From Octopus sinensis (lineage: Eukaryota), in NCBI RefSeq assembly GCF_006345805.1, contig NC_043023.1:12524001-12588000 (forward strand): a stretch of DNA of 64,000 bases, read 5' to 3'. Of this stretch, positions 12,124 through 26,559 are shown in pieces. Numbering within the stretch: position 1 is the stretch's first letter; each line of letters starts with the position of its first letter. Under the pieces are notes generated by a model. It had not been told where the DNA came from and did not search any database. It worked only from the letters and a program-made list of their open reading frames with translations. The translations under genes and the position numbers were made by a program.

Positions 12124-12535
12124 CCCAAAAGTATCCAAGCATTGTTCTTTAGTTGAGAGAGAAGTGTGAAGGAAGGACAATGATTGGACAGGAGAGAAAA
12201 TGACGTCAGAAACGGATGGAAAGTGCAACGGCCTGACGTCACATCAGGAAGATATAAGTCAAAGATGCCTTCTTTCTTTCGGGGTCTGCGACGGGGTCCA
12301 GTTCGTGCGCTGGAAACGGTCGTAGATTAGAATATGTGAGTGTATATATTCTATATTACCTTGAAGGTAAAATCGTTGACAGAATGGGACAAAGAAGGCA
12401 CCGGAACGAAACGAACCAGTCATAGAAAATTGAAGAACTATAATCATATAAAGGGATATAACTTTCCTTAATTAATTAATTAAGGTGCTTAATTAACGAT
12501 CACTGACTCGTTATTTATATCTGAATACGGTAAGT
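12124..12535 (+). promoter_or_regulatory. Putative ZNF promoter and exon 1 (unit 2)
   Basis: TGACGTCA 12201 and 12234; donor GTAAGT 12530. Confidence 0.7.
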
Positions 12536-13633
12536 TGATAAAGATTTATTTTAAGGCTGTAATGATGATGATACCAATAATGATAAGGTACTACTATCGA
12601 ACAGTGGTCCCGGTGCGAGCACTCGCGTATCCGCGCTTGCTAGTCGTAAGTAGTCGATCCTACAACTTTTCAAACTAAGTAAATACGTTATTTTTGTAAA
12701 CAAACTAAGGTTAGGGTTAAAAAGTCGTAGGATCGACTACATACGACTAGCTAGCACGGATGTGCGAGTGCGCGCACCGGGACCAGTTTTCGCGAGTAGT
12801 ACCGCGCACCTCTCCAAGATAATGACGCTTACTTGTGAGAAAAAGTTAGGAAATGGGAAATATATCCAGAATACATAAAGTATGGAGAAAATTAGAAAGA
12901 TTGATCTATTTTTTAAATATTTTATGCTAAAAAATAAAATACGGAGAACGGGCACTCGCGAATATAAACAAACTTATAAGGGTACTATTTAAGAAGAGAG
13001 GTCCCGGTGGGCGCGCTAGCTAGTCGTGACTAGTCGATCTTTATTTTGCGTTTTTGTGTTTTATTTACTTTGCTAGGTAGTCGTTGTAGGATCGACTAGT
13101 CACGACTAACTAGCGCGAATACGCTCACCGAGACCACTCTTTTTAAATAGTACCAGAGAAAATTAGAACGATTAATCTATTTTTTAAACTATTTTATACT
13201 AAAAAATAAAATACGCAGAACGGGCACTCGCGAATATAAACAAACATGTATGTACGTATACGCATGTATTTATGCATATATATGTATTATTATGCATACA
13301 TATATATGTGTGTGTGTAAGGGTGAAAGAAATTGAATATTAATTAATAACATCAATTTCGTATGGATTTTGGCGTTTGGTTCAGCAAATTATGTTTTTGA
13401 TATACTCTACCGATGATTCGAAAATAATTTGTAAGTAAAATTACACAATCTATTAACGATGAAACAATTGTATAGAGTTAATTCATTTTTTCGTTATTTT
13501 TCATTTGTCCTGCCCGCTTACATTCTTGGCGTGTTGAATTAATGCTTGAGAACAATTCTTTAGTGGTGGATTCCCTTTGCGGATCAATTTCTAACGTTAG
13601 AGTGACCACAAGTGGTCCCTCTCTTAATACTTG

Positions 13634-13680
<47 letters not shown>

Positions 13681-13944
13681 ATACAAATATATCTGTAGTG
13701 AATCTTGCATGCATGAAGTAGATTGGATCCACCATAGCCAAAATTTTATTTAACCCTTCACCAAAATTTTTCCCAAGGCAGAACAATAGAGAAATCTCTA
13801 TACAAAATGTTGTAAAAGTTTCAATGCCTCAATGGATTCTGACCCCTGCAAACATAGACATTAAATGGATGACAGTGTTGATGTTGTAAGAATTGCAATG
13901 TTGAATTACTATGTCGTTTAATGATTCTCTTTATCTCACTGCTT

Positions 13945-14770
13945 CTTTTTTTTTCTATTTCAGAATATAACATCCTGTTGATATGAAAGAAATTACTTCA
14001 TTCAGATGTGCCTCTGATATTTTATCAGCTCCCATCAACCAAAGGAAGATGATATATTTATAAGGAGCATTCATCAATACATCAAACTCATCTTATAAAG
14101 GAAATCTGTGAAAAACAACAGCAAAATATTTCTTCTGGACGATGGAATTAACAGCAACAATTTGAAGTCTTTGCTGTCTGGAATATAGAGGAGATGATTG
14201 TTTTACAGGTTAATTAAGCTTGGATAACTTTACAAAGGGGTAGACAATTGTCACCTCTTGATTTAGATATTAAGCAAAATCACAGATGAAAGAAGCATAG
14301 CATTGAATTATTCTCTGAAAATAGCAAAACAAATATATTCATAGAAATGAATTTTTTTCCTATTTCAGAATATCATACCATGTTGATTTAAAAGAAATTT
14401 CTTCATTCAGATGTGTGTCTGATATTTTGATTGACTTTCATCAATTAAAGGAAGACCATATATTCATAAGGCACATTCATCAAAAGATCAGCCTCTTTAT
14501 ATAAATAAAATCTTTGACGAACGATGGGGAAATATTTCTTCTGGATGATGGAATTAAGAGCAACATTTTTTTTGCCATCTGGAATGTAGAAATGATGATG
14601 AACCTACAGGTTAAGTTTGAGTAACTTTACAAAAGAGTTAACCAATTTATATCTTCTGTTTTAGATATTAAGCAAGATCACCAATGAAAGTAACATAACA
14701 TTTAATTATTCTCTGATGCATTTGAACACAAACATTCATAGAAATGAAACAGATACTATCATTGTGATAT
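13945..14770 (+). repeat. Diverged ~405-bp tandem duplication, each copy starting with a splice acceptor
   Basis: TATTTCAG|AATAT at 13964 and 14369, colinear downstream sequence. Confidence 0.75.
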
Positions 14771-14776
14771 GTATAA

Positions 14777-15592
<816 letters not shown>

Positions 15593-15676
15593 AAACCATA
15601 TCATTGTGATATTTGTGGTAAGTCATTTTCTGGTAATAGCAATTTAATCAGTCACAAACGTATTCATACAGGTTAA

Positions 15677-15928
<252 letters not shown>

Positions 15929-15957
15929 TAATCGTATCAATATCAAAATTTGTTACA

Positions 15958-16515
15958 ACCCGGCAGGAAAGGTGAGTCTATAACCCATGGCCTCTACCTG
16001 GAATGTAGCCAGTCCACTTATGCATACCTTTCCTTCTTGGGACACAAAACTCTACTTGTGAAGACCTTGTTAAGGCAAGTGAGAATCAGGATCAAAATCG
16101 AAATCTATCAACATCAATGGAAATTGTAGCTGTGATACCAGTGCTGGTGGCACGTAAGAAGCACCTACCGATCGTGTCCGCTGCCAGTCTCCCCTGGCAC
16201 CTGTGCCAGTGGCATGTAAAAAGCACCATCCGAACGTGGCCGTTGCCAGCACCGCTTCAACTGGCTTCCATGCCGGTGGCTTGTAAAAAGCACCAACTGA
16301 CCGTGGCCACTGCCAGACTCCGTAGGACCCTGTGCCGGTGGCACGTAAAAAGCATCCACTACACTCACAGTGGTTGGCATTTAGGAAGGGCATCCAGCTG
16401 TAGAAATACTTCCAGATGAAACTGCAACCTGGTGCAGCCTCCTGGTATCCTAGACCCCAGTCAACCGTCCAACCCATGCTAGCAGTGAAAACAGATGTTA
16501 TACAATGATGATGAG
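15958..16515 (+). mobile_element. Truncated RTE LINE 3' end (ZNF 3'UTR, copy 2)
   Basis: Paralogous to 5988-6479. Confidence 0.85.
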
Positions 16516-16622
16516 GAGGATTCTCTGTTGTTTCCTGTGACAGACAGCTGTTCTTTTGTGTACTGGACATTTTCAATGTTTTGTTATTAAACATTTTGTA
16601 AAAATAAAATCTTTTGTGCTTG

Positions 16623-16849
16623 CTTATTCTCTCTTTCTCTTTCTCTTTTACTTGTTTCAGTCATTTGACTGTGGCCATACTGGAGCTCCGCCTTTAATAG
16701 TGCATCTCGACCCCGGGACTTATTCTTTTGTAAGCCCAGTACTTATTCTATCGGTCTCTTTTGCCGAACTGCTAAGTGACGGGGACATAGACACACCAGC
16801 ATCGATTGTCAAGCAATGCTAGGGGGACAAACACAGACACACAAACACA

Positions 16850-16895
<46 letters not shown>

Positions 16896-17062
16896 TATAC
16901 AACAGGCTTCTTTCAGTCTCTGTCTACCAAATCCACTCACAAGGCTTTGGTCGGCATGAGTATATAGTAGAAAATACTTACCCAATGTGACACACAGTGG
17001 GACTGAACCTAGAACCATGTGGTTGGTAAGCAAGCTACTTACCACAAAGCCACTCCTGCGCC
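16623..17062 (-). mobile_element. Full-length tRNA-derived SINE (CORE-like body, internal (TA)n)
   Basis: Minus strand starts GGCGCAGGAGTGGCT.TGTGGTAAG (A box)...GGTTCAGTCCC (B box), then TTGGG(C/T)AAGT CORE-like motif; resembles the octopus OR/OK-type SINE families. Confidence 0.85.
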
Positions 17063-17198
17063 TATATGTATATTGTGATTACATTTTCTTTTGAGTTGTC
17101 ATATTTTGTCCCACAGTTTCTGGGTAATCGGTAGCTATCTTATTTCTGGTGCTACTACAATCTTTCTATTTTCATGCCCTGCACTGAAGTGGAAGCCT

Positions 17199-17510
17199 TG
17201 TAGTGACGCCTGGTCCCAGATGCCATTTTAGGATTTTCATCCCCGCATGTGCAGGGAAGCCCCTTATGCGCATGTGCAGTCATCAGCATCAGCTAGGCTT
17301 GACCGCTGTCCTCTCTCTCTCTCTCTTCGCCCCTGCTTCCAACCAAGCCGGGCGCAACTTGACCAGCTCCGTGTGGCTGGAATTCTGAAGGCGATCCATC
17401 ACTTCAGCGAATCTGTGAAGTATGCCTTCACAATCGTGATGAAACTGTCTCTGCTGCTTCCGCACCAAGGCGACCTAGCTGCTGATTGTCCAGAGATGTA
17501 ACGCTTGTAC
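17199..17510. other. GC-rich block with promoter-like motifs (possible LTR relic)
   Basis: Starts TGTAGTGAC; GCCATTTT, TGCGCATGTGCA; second copy at about 34824-35146. Confidence 0.3.
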
Positions 17511-17539
17511 AGACAGAAAAATCAATATTGTTATTTGTT

Positions 17540-17730
17540 CAGAGATCCTTGTTCTCTTGATTTTTTAATGTTTTTGCGGGGTGACTGGGGAAATGTAAAG
17601 ATGTGCACGACCGCCCTTGGACAGTTTTGAATGATATAGAAAGTGCGAGCCCTCTAACTGAAAAATTGTGGATTTGTATAAAGGACACACACACACAGAC
17701 AGACATTTGGCCATTTATATATAGAGAGAT
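17540..17730. mobile_element. Helentron/HINE-like terminal fragment
   Basis: ...GGATTTGTATAAAGGACACACACAGACAGACATT...TTATATATAGAGAGAT: microsatellite plus terminal motif typical of DINE-1/HINE-like repeats; also at about 35170-35366. Confidence 0.4.
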
Positions 17731-17868
17731 GTTGATGTAATTCAGCCTAAGGAGACATCTACAGCTGGCTACACGACATGATCTGTTTATATTCACGAGT
17801 GCCCGTTCTCCATATTTTATTTGTTAGTATAAAATACTTTTAAAAATGGAAGACTTAGCAACACCAGT

Positions 17869-18580
17869 GAGAACAGTCAAAATCAAAATCAAACCAAATC
17901 AATTCATATATCAGAAAGCAGAACCAAATTGAGGTCGATCAACATCAGTGGGAATTGCAGCTGTGGTTAAGCGAACCATCCGATCGTGGTCGTTTCCCGC
18001 GCCGCACCGTCAAGCCTCCGTGTCGGTGGCACGTAAAAGCACCACCCGTTCGGGTCCGTCGCCACCCTCGCCTGGCCCCCGTGCCGGTGACACATAAAAG
18101 CACCATCCGTTCGTGCCGTTGCCAGCTCTGCCTGGCCCCGTGCCGGTGACAGGTAAAGCTCCACCCGTTCGCGTCCGTTGCCAGCCTCTCTGGCCCCGTG
18201 CCGGTGACACGTAAAGCACCACCCGCTCGTGTCCGTTGGCCAGCCTCGCCTGGCCCTCGTGCCGCTGACACGTAAAAGCACCATCCGTTCGTGGCCGTTT
18301 GCCAGCTCTGTCTGGCCCCCGTGTCGGTGGCACGTAAAAGCACCATCCGTTCGTGACCGTCTGCCAGCACTGTCTGGCACCTGTGCGGGTGGCGCGTAAA
18401 AAGCACCCACTACACTCACGGAGTGGTTGGCATTAGGAAGGGCATCCAGCAGTAGAAACACTGCCAGATCTGACTGGGCTTGATGAAGCCTTCTAGCTTC
18501 ACAGACCCCAGTTGAACCGTCCAACACATGCTAGCATGGAAAGCGGACGCTAAATGATGATGATGATGATGATGATGATG
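17869..18580 (+). mobile_element. RTE LINE 3' fragment with an expanded ~55-bp tandem array
   Basis: About 7-8 repeats containing GGCACGTAAAAGCACC; (GAT)n tail; paralogous to 1-396, 27646-28130, 35487-36030. Confidence 0.85.
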
Positions 18581-19741
18581 AATCTTCCTAATTTTCTGCA
18601 GATTTAAGAATTATCTTTTAAATCTGTAGGTCAAAAGGTAAAAATCCCAGCGCTTCTCTATTTCCTTTCGTAATTGTGCATTACGTTGGGAGCGGGGCCA
18701 TCTTTTCCCTCCCCGTTGTCACTGGAAGAATTAATCAACCTTCGAATATCGAACACACGACACTACATTCCATCCACTGACGGTTCTCTCAAAGTAGCAA
18801 CTTAATTATACATGAGAGAAAATAGATCACTGTGATCATCATCATCATCATCGTTTAGCGTCCGATTTCCATTCTAGCATGGGTTGCACGATCTGATTGA
18901 GGACTGGCGAACCAGGAGGCAGCACCAGGCTCTAATCTGATGTGGCAGAGTTTCTACAGCTGGATGCTCTTCCTAACACCAACCAGCTGTAGAAACTCTA
19001 CCAGATCAGATTGGAGCTTGGTGCAGCCATCTGGTTCGCCAACTGTTCTCTGGGAATAATGGGGATCTTTTCGGTTTGAACGGCAGGTTTTTAAATTTCT
19101 AGGTAACTAAAAAAATTTTAAACTTCGTATACAGATAGAATGTATTTATAAAGCATCTTTTTCTTTGGCTTTATTGAGAAAATTCTGTAGTTTGTAACGT
19201 ATTTGTTGTTTTTTGTCTTTTATAAAAAAACATTATGTGCCTTATGAATATGTCCCTCGTTTAAGAAACAGATTGGGTTTATTTACATTTTTGAAGAAAA
19301 AATAGATACCTTTCCCCCACCCCTAACCCTAACACAGATTGAAATGCAATAGATCGATACTAGGGTCATAATTGCGGGTGACAATTACAAATGACACCGC
19401 TAGTAAAAACTGCCGGCCAAACAGAAAAGATCCTTTTTTTTTACACAAAGTAAATAATAAGGCGATGCTTCGATATATAAGTACACACGTGACTTTGTTT
19501 ACATTTGTGAAGATAACAGAAAGCCTTTTCTCCCCACTTCTAACCCAAACACGTGGAAATTATTTTAAAAAACGGCCGTTCAAACCGAAAAGATCCCAAA
19601 TATCTTACAAACTATAGAATTTTCTCAATAAAGCCAAGAGAAAAATGTTTTATAAACACATTCTACTAGTATACGAAGTTTAAAAGTGTTTAGTTACGTG
19701 GAAATTATTTTTAAAAACTGCCGGTCAAACCGAAAAGATCC

Positions 19742-20153
19742 CCAAAAGGTATCCAAGCATTGTTCTTTAGATGAGAGAGAAGTGTGAAGGAAGGACAATG
19801 ATTGGACAGGAGAGAAAATGACGTCAGAAACGGATCGGAAGTGCAACGGCCTGACGTCACATCAGGAAGATATAATTCAAAGATGCCTTCTTTCTTTCGG
19901 TGTCTGCGACGGGGTCCAGTTCGTGCGCTGGAAACGGTCGTAGATTAGAATATGTGAGTGTATATATTCTATATTACCTTGAAGGTAAAATCGTTGACAG
20001 AATGGGACAAAGAAGACACCGGAACGAAACGAACCAGTCATAGAAAATTGAAGAACTATAACCATATAAAGGGATATAACTTTCCTTAATTAATTAATTA
20101 AGGTGCTTAATTAACGATCGCTGACTCGTTGTTTGTATCTGAATACGGTAAGT
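19742..20153 (+). promoter_or_regulatory. Putative ZNF promoter and exon 1 (unit 3)
   Basis: TGACGTCA 19819 and 19852, CGGAAGT between them; donor GTAAGT 20148. Confidence 0.7.
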
Positions 20154-21504
20154 TGACAAATATTTATTTTAAGGCTGTAATGATGATAGTAATACCAATA
20201 ATGACGGGGTACTACTAGCGAACGGTGGTCCCGGTGCGCGCACTCGCGTATCCTCGCTTGCTAGTCGTAAGTAGTCGATCCTACAATTTTTTAAACTAAG
20301 TAAATACATTATTTTTGTAAACAAACTGAGGTTTGGGTTAAAAAGTCGTAGGATCGACTACATACGACTAGCTAGCACGGATGCCCGAGTGCGCGCACCT
20401 GGACCACTGTTCGCTAGTAGTACCGCTCACCTCTCCAAGATAATGACGCTTACTTGTGAGAAAAAGTTAGGAAATGGGAAATATATCCAGAATACATAAA
20501 GTATGGAGAAAATTAGAAAGATTAATCTATTTTTTAAATATTTTATACTAAAAAATAAAATACGGAGAACGGGCACTCGCGAATATAAACAAACATATAA
20601 GGGTACTATTTAAGAAGAGAGGTCCCGGTGGGCGCGCTAGCTAGTCGTGACTAGTCGAGCCTTACTTTGTATGTTTGTTTTATTTACTTTGTTTTAAAAA
20701 AATTATTTTCTTTGTTTGAAAAAATGAGCGTAACTTCGGTATAGGTACCGGATGTACCAGATACATTTCAAGAAAGTGTCTTTTTTATATATATATGGGG
20801 GGGGGGGGTTAAGGTTTGTGTTAGGGGTGGCAGAAAAGGGTTTCTGTTATCTTCAGAAATGTAAACAAAGCCACTCACGGTACCTATACCGAAGGATCGC
20901 CAAAAAATTACTTACTTTGTGTAAAAAAATTATTTATTTTGTGTTTTATTTACTATGGTAGGTAGTCGTAGGATCGACTAGTCACGACTAACTAGCGCGA
21001 GTGCGCGCACCGGGACCACACTTTTTAAATAGTACCGGAGAAAATTAGAACGATTAATCTATTTTTTTAACTATTTTATACTAAAAAATAAAATACGCAG
21101 AACGGGAATTCGCGAATATAAAGAAGCATGTATGTACGTATACGTATGTATTTATGCATATATATGTATTATTATGTATACATATATGTGTGTGTGTAAG
21201 GGTGAAAGAAATTGAATATTAATTAATAACATCAATTTCGTATGGATTTTGGCGTTTGGTTCAGCAAATTATGTTTTTGATATACTCTACCGATGATTCG
21301 AAAATGATTTGTAAGTAAAATTACACAATCTATTAACGATGAAACAATTGTATAGAGTTAATCCATTTTTTCGTTATTTTTCATTTGTCCTGCCCCCTTA
21401 CATTCTTGGCGTGTTGAATTAATGCTTGAGAACAATTCTTTAGTGGTGGATTCCCTTTGCGGATCTATTTCTAGCGTTAGAGTGACCACATGTATACATA
21501 TATG

Positions 21505-21559
<55 letters not shown>

Positions 21560-22666
21560 ATACAAATATATTTGTAGTGAATCGTAAAGTAGATTGGATC
21601 CATCCTTGCCAAGATTTTAATTAACCCTTCACCAAAATTTTTCCCACTGCAGAACAATAGAGAAATCTCTATACAGAATGTTGTAAACGTTTCAATGCCT
21701 CAATGGATTCTGACCCCTGCAAACATAGACATTAAATGGATGACAGTGTTGATGTTGTAAGATTTGCAATGTTGAATTACTATGTCGTTTAATGATTCTC
21801 TTTATCTCACTGCTTCTTTTTTTTTTTACTTCAGAATATAACATCCTGTTGATATGAAAGAAATTACTTCATTCAGATGTGCCTCTGATATTTTATCAGC
21901 TCCCATCAACCAAAGGAAGATGATATATTTATAAGGAGCATTCATCAATACATCAAACTCATCTTATAAAGGAAATCTGTGAAAAACAACAGCAAAATAT
22001 TTCTTCTGGACGAGGGAATTAACAGCAACAATTTGAAGTCTTTGCTTTCTGGAATATAGAGGAGATGATTGTTTTATAGGTTAATTAAGCTTGGATAACT
22101 TTACAAAGGGGTAGACAATTGTCACCTCTTGATTTAGATATTAAGCAAAATCTCAGATGAAAGAAGCATAGCATTAAATTATTCTCTGAAAATAGCAACA
22201 CAAATATATTCATAGAAATGAATTTTTTTCCCATATCAGAATATCATACCATGTTGATTCAAAAGAAATTTCTTCATTCAGATGTGTGTCTGATATTTTG
22301 ATTGACTTTCATCAATTAAAGGAAGACCATATATTCATAAGGCACATTCATCAAAAGATCAGCTTCTTTATATAGATAAATTCTGCAACGAACGATGGGG
22401 AAATATTTCTTCTGGATGATGGAATTAAGAGCAACCTTTTTTTTTGTCATCTGGAATGTAGAGATGATGATGAACCTACGGGTTAAGTTTGAGTAACTTT
22501 ACAAAAGAGTTAACCAATTTATATCTTCTGTTTTAGATATTAAGCAAGATCACTAATGAAAGTAACATAACATTTAATTATTCTCTGATGCATTTGAACA
22601 CAAACATTCATAGAAATGAAACAGATACTATCATTGTGATATGTATAACGAAATTACTCTCTCATA

Positions 22667-23935
22667 ATGAATAATTCAACTAAAGCAAAAATCTCTGATA
22701 AAAGAGAGAAGCCATATCAGTGTGATATCTGTGGTAACTCATTCTCTAAAAGTGGTAATCTAAGTAGGCACATACGTGTTCATACTGGAGACAAACCTTA
22801 TAAGTGTAATATCTGTAGTAAATCATTTTCTGACAATAGCTCTTTAACTCATCACAAATTTATTCATACTGGGGAAAAGCCGCATCAGTGTGATATCTGT
22901 GGTAAATCATTCTCTCAAATTAGTCACTTGACTGAACACAAACGTGGTCATACAGGAGAGAAGCCATACCATTGTGATATCTGTGGTAAATCATTTTCTA
23001 GAAGTAACATTTTAACTGATCACAAACTTATTCATACAGGAGAGAAGCCATTCCATTGTGATATCTGTGGTAAGTTATTTTCTCGAAGAGCTGATTTACC
23101 TAGACACAAACGTACCCATACAGGAGAGAAACCATATCAGTGTGATATCTGTGGTAAATCATTCTCTTCCAGTGGTGACTTAAATAAACACAAACGTACA
23201 CATACAGGAGAAAAGCCCCATCATTGTGATATCTGTGGTAAATCATTCACTAGAAATAGTGATTTGACTAGTCATATACGTATTCATACTGGGGAAAAAC
23301 CATATCAGTGTGATATCTGTGGCAAATCATTTTCTGAGCCTTCTTCTTTAAAGGGGCACAAACGTATTCATACAGGTCAGAAGCCATATCATTGCGATAT
23401 CTGTGGTAAATCATTCTCTGAAAATAGCAATTTCACCAGACACCTACGTATTCATACAGGAGAGAAGCCATATTATTGTGATATCTGTGGTAATTCATTT
23501 TCTCAGCCTTCTGCTTTAACCAGACACCTACGTATCCATACAGGAGAGAAGCCATATCAGTGTGATATCTGTGGTAAATCATTCTCTTACAGTAGTGACT
23601 TACCTAAACACAAACGTATACACACTGGGGAAAAAGAATATCACTGTGATATCTGTGGTGAATCATTTTCCTGTAATAGCTATTTAACCAGACACAAACA
23701 TATTCATACAGGAGAGAAGTCATATCATTGTGACATCTGTGGTAAATCATTTTCCCATAATTCTGCTTTAAAAGGGCACAAACGTATTCATACAGGAGAG
23801 AAGCCATATCATTGTGACATCTGTGGTAAATCATTCTCTCACAGTAGTAACTTGCACAAACATAAACGTATTCATATTGGGGAAAAACCATATTGTGATA
23901 TTTGTGGTGAGTCATTCTCTCAAAAAACCACTTAA
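22667..23935 (+). CDS. C2H2 zinc-finger protein, 14 complete fingers (copy 3)
   Basis: 422-aa ORF; terminal finger broken by a 3-bp deletion and an A-run frameshift. Confidence 0.92.
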   Translation: MNNSTKAKISDKREKPYQCDICGNSFSKSGNLSRHIRVHTGDKPYKCNICSKSFSDNSSLTHHKFIHTGEKPHQCDICGKSFSQISHLTEHKRGHTGEKPYHCDICGKSFSRSNILTDHKLIHTGEKPFHCDICGKLFSRRADLPRHKRTHTGEKPYQCDICGKSFSSSGDLNKHKRTHTGEKPHHCDICGKSFTRNSDLTSHIRIHTGEKPYQCDICGKSFSEPSSLKGHKRIHTGQKPYHCDICGKSFSENSNFTRHLRIHTGEKPYYCDICGNSFSQPSALTRHLRIHTGEKPYQCDICGKSFSYSSDLPKHKRIHTGEKEYHCDICGESFSCNSYLTRHKHIHTGEKSYHCDICGKSFSHNSALKGHKRIHTGEKPYHCDICGKSFSHSSNLHKHKRIHIGEKPYCDICGESFSQKTT

Positions 23936-23993
23936 CTACACATCTGAGTATTCATACACAGGTGTAATCGTATCAATATCAAAATTTATTACA

Positions 23994-24420
23994 ACCCGGC
24001 AGGACAAGTGAGACCATAACCCATGGCCTCTACCTGGGATGTAGCCAGTCCACTTATGCATAGCTTTCCTTCTAGGGACACAAAACTCTACTTGTGAAGA
24101 CCTGTTGAGGCAAGTGAGAATCAGAATCCAAATCGAAATCAATCAACATCAATGGAAATTGTAGCTGTGATACCAGTGCTGGTGGATCGTAAAACGCACT
24201 ATCCGATCGTGGCCATTGCCAGTCTCTCCTGGCCCCTGTGCCGGTGGCACGTAAAAAGCATCCACTGCACTCAGAGTGGTTGGCGTTTAGGAAGGGCATC
24301 CAGCTGTAGAAGCACTGCCAGATCAGACTGCAACCTGGTGCAGCCTCCTGGCTTCCCAGACCCCAGTCAACCGTCCAACCCATGCTAGCATGGAAAACAG
24401 ATGTTATACAATGATGATGA
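23994..24420 (+). mobile_element. Truncated RTE LINE 3' end (ZNF 3'UTR, copy 3)
   Basis: Paralogous to 5988-6479 with fewer 55-bp repeats. Confidence 0.85.
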
Positions 24421-24532
24421 GGAGGATTCTCTACAGTTTCCTGTGACAGACAGCTCTTCTTTTGTGTACTGGACATTTCCAATGTTTTGTTATTAAACAT
24501 TTTGTAAAAATAAAATTTTTTGTGCATGCTTA

Positions 24533-24926
24533 TTCTCTCTTTCTCTTTCTCTTTTACTTGTTTCGTCATTTGACTGCGGCCATGCTGGAGCTCCGCCTTT
24601 AATAGACATCTCGACCCCGGAGATTATTCTTTTGTAACCCCAGTACTATTCTATCGGTCTCTTTTGCAAACTGCTAAGTGACGGGGACATAGACTCACCA
24701 GCATCGATTGTGTCAAGCAATGCTAGGGGGACAAACACAGACACACTGCATATATCTACATCTATACAACAGGCTTCTTTCAGTCTCTGTGCTACCAAAT
24801 CCACTCACAAGGCTTTGGTCGGCATGAGCTATAGTAGAAGATCTTACCCAAGGTGCAACGCAGTGGACTGAACCTGGAACAATTTGGTTGGTAAGCAAGC
24901 TACTTACCACACAGCCACTCCTGCGC
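24533..24926 (-). mobile_element. tRNA-derived SINE
   Basis: Paralogous to 16623-17062. Confidence 0.8.
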
Positions 24927-24992
24927 TATATGTATATTGTGATTACATTTTCTTTGAGTTGTCATTGTGATTACATTTTCTTTTGAGTTGTA

Positions 24993-26071
24993 GCTGTTCG
25001 CGGTGTTGCGCACCTGGGGAACTGTTCGCACCTAGTACCTGTCACTGTCTCCAGGATAATGACACTTACTTGTGAGAAAAAGTTTTGGAAATGGGAAATG
25101 TATCCAGAATACATAAAGTATGGAGAAATTAGAAAGATTAATCTATTTTTTTAATATTTTATACTAAAAAATAAATACGGAGAACGGGCTCGCTCTCGCG
25201 AATATATACAACTATAACGGTTAAGGGTGGCGCGCTACGTGTCGTGACTAGTCAATCCTTACTTTGCATTTTTGCTTTATTTACTTTGTTTTAAAAAAAT
25301 GATCGAAACTTCGGTATAGGTACCGGAATTACCAGATACATTTCAAGATAGTGTATTTTTTATTCTATATGGGGGGTTGTGGTTAAGGTTTGTGTTAGGG
25401 GTGGGAGAGAAGGGTTTCTGTTGTCTTCAGAAATGTAAACAAAGCCACTCACGGTACTTATACCGAAGGATCACCAAAAATTATTTATTTTGTGTTTTAT
25501 TTTACTTTGCTAGATAGTCGTTGTAGGATCGACTAGTCACTACAAACTAGCGCGAGTGCGCGCACCGGGACCACTCTTTTTAAATCGTACCAGAGAAAAT
25601 TTGAACGATTAATCTATTTTTTAAACTATTTTATACTAAAAAATAAAATACGCAGAACGGGCACTCGCGAATATAAACAAACATGTATGTACGTATACGT
25701 ATGTATTTATGCATATATATGTATTATTATATATACATATATGTGTGTGTGTAAGGGTGAAAGAAATTGAATTTAATTAATAACATCAATTTCGTATGGA
25801 GTTTGGCGTTTGGTTCAGCAAATTATGTTTTCGATATACTCTAACCGATGATTCGAAAATGATTTGTAAGTAAAATTACACAATCTATTAACGATGAAAC
25901 AATTGTACAGAGTTAATCCATTTTTCGTTATTTTTTCATTTGTCCTGCCCGCTTACGTTCTTGGCATGTGAATTAATGCTTGAGAACAATTCTTTAGTGG
26001 CGGATTCCCTTTGCGGATCTATTTCTAGCGTTAGAGTGACCACATGTGGTCCTTCTCTTATTACTTGTATG

Positions 26072-26108
<37 letters not shown>

Positions 26109-26230
26109 TATACAAATATATTTGCAGTGAATCTTGCACGCATGATGTAGATTGGATCCACCATAGCCAAAATTTTAATTAACCCTTCACCAAAATTTTT
26201 CCCACGGCAGAACAATAGAGAAATCTCTAT
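24993..26230 (+). repeat. Orphan partial unit (intron-1 segment only)
   Basis: Colinear with about 2520-3803 but has no promoter, acceptor or ZNF ORF. Confidence 0.8.
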
Positions 26231-26258
26231 CTGAGATCGTGTGCTGGAACGAAAACAG

Positions 26259-26515
26259 TTGCAGCGTTGAAGGTGTTTATAAGCCATTTAAGAAACACAC
26301 AAAAACGTTAGATTCACTTCACTTTAAATTTAATTGTCAAAATATTTTCGCGTCGCTTTGAGACCGCGACATGTTAGCACGATATTTTTGTCAGTGAACA
26401 GGTCGCGGTCTCAAAGCGACGAAATATTTTTGGCAAATTAAAATTTAAATGTTGAAGTGATGTAACGGTTTTTTGTGTGTTTTTAAATGGCTTAGAAACA
26501 CCTTCCACGCTGCAA
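26259..26515. mobile_element. Palindromic element (possibly Penelope-derived)
   Basis: TTGCAGCGTTGAAGGTGTTT.../...AAACACCTTCCACGCTGCAA, ~110-bp arms. Confidence 0.65.
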
Positions 26516-26559
26516 TATATTATACCACATATATATTATAATGTGTATGTGTGTATATG

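Noticed and set aside
16990-17062. tRNA gene
   Set aside because: The A/B boxes are the head of a SINE
17975-18410. CRISPR-like array of regularly spaced palindromic repeats
   Set aside because: The intervening sequences are homologous rather than unique spacers, the array is inside a LINE 3'UTR, the DNA is eukaryotic and no cas genes are present
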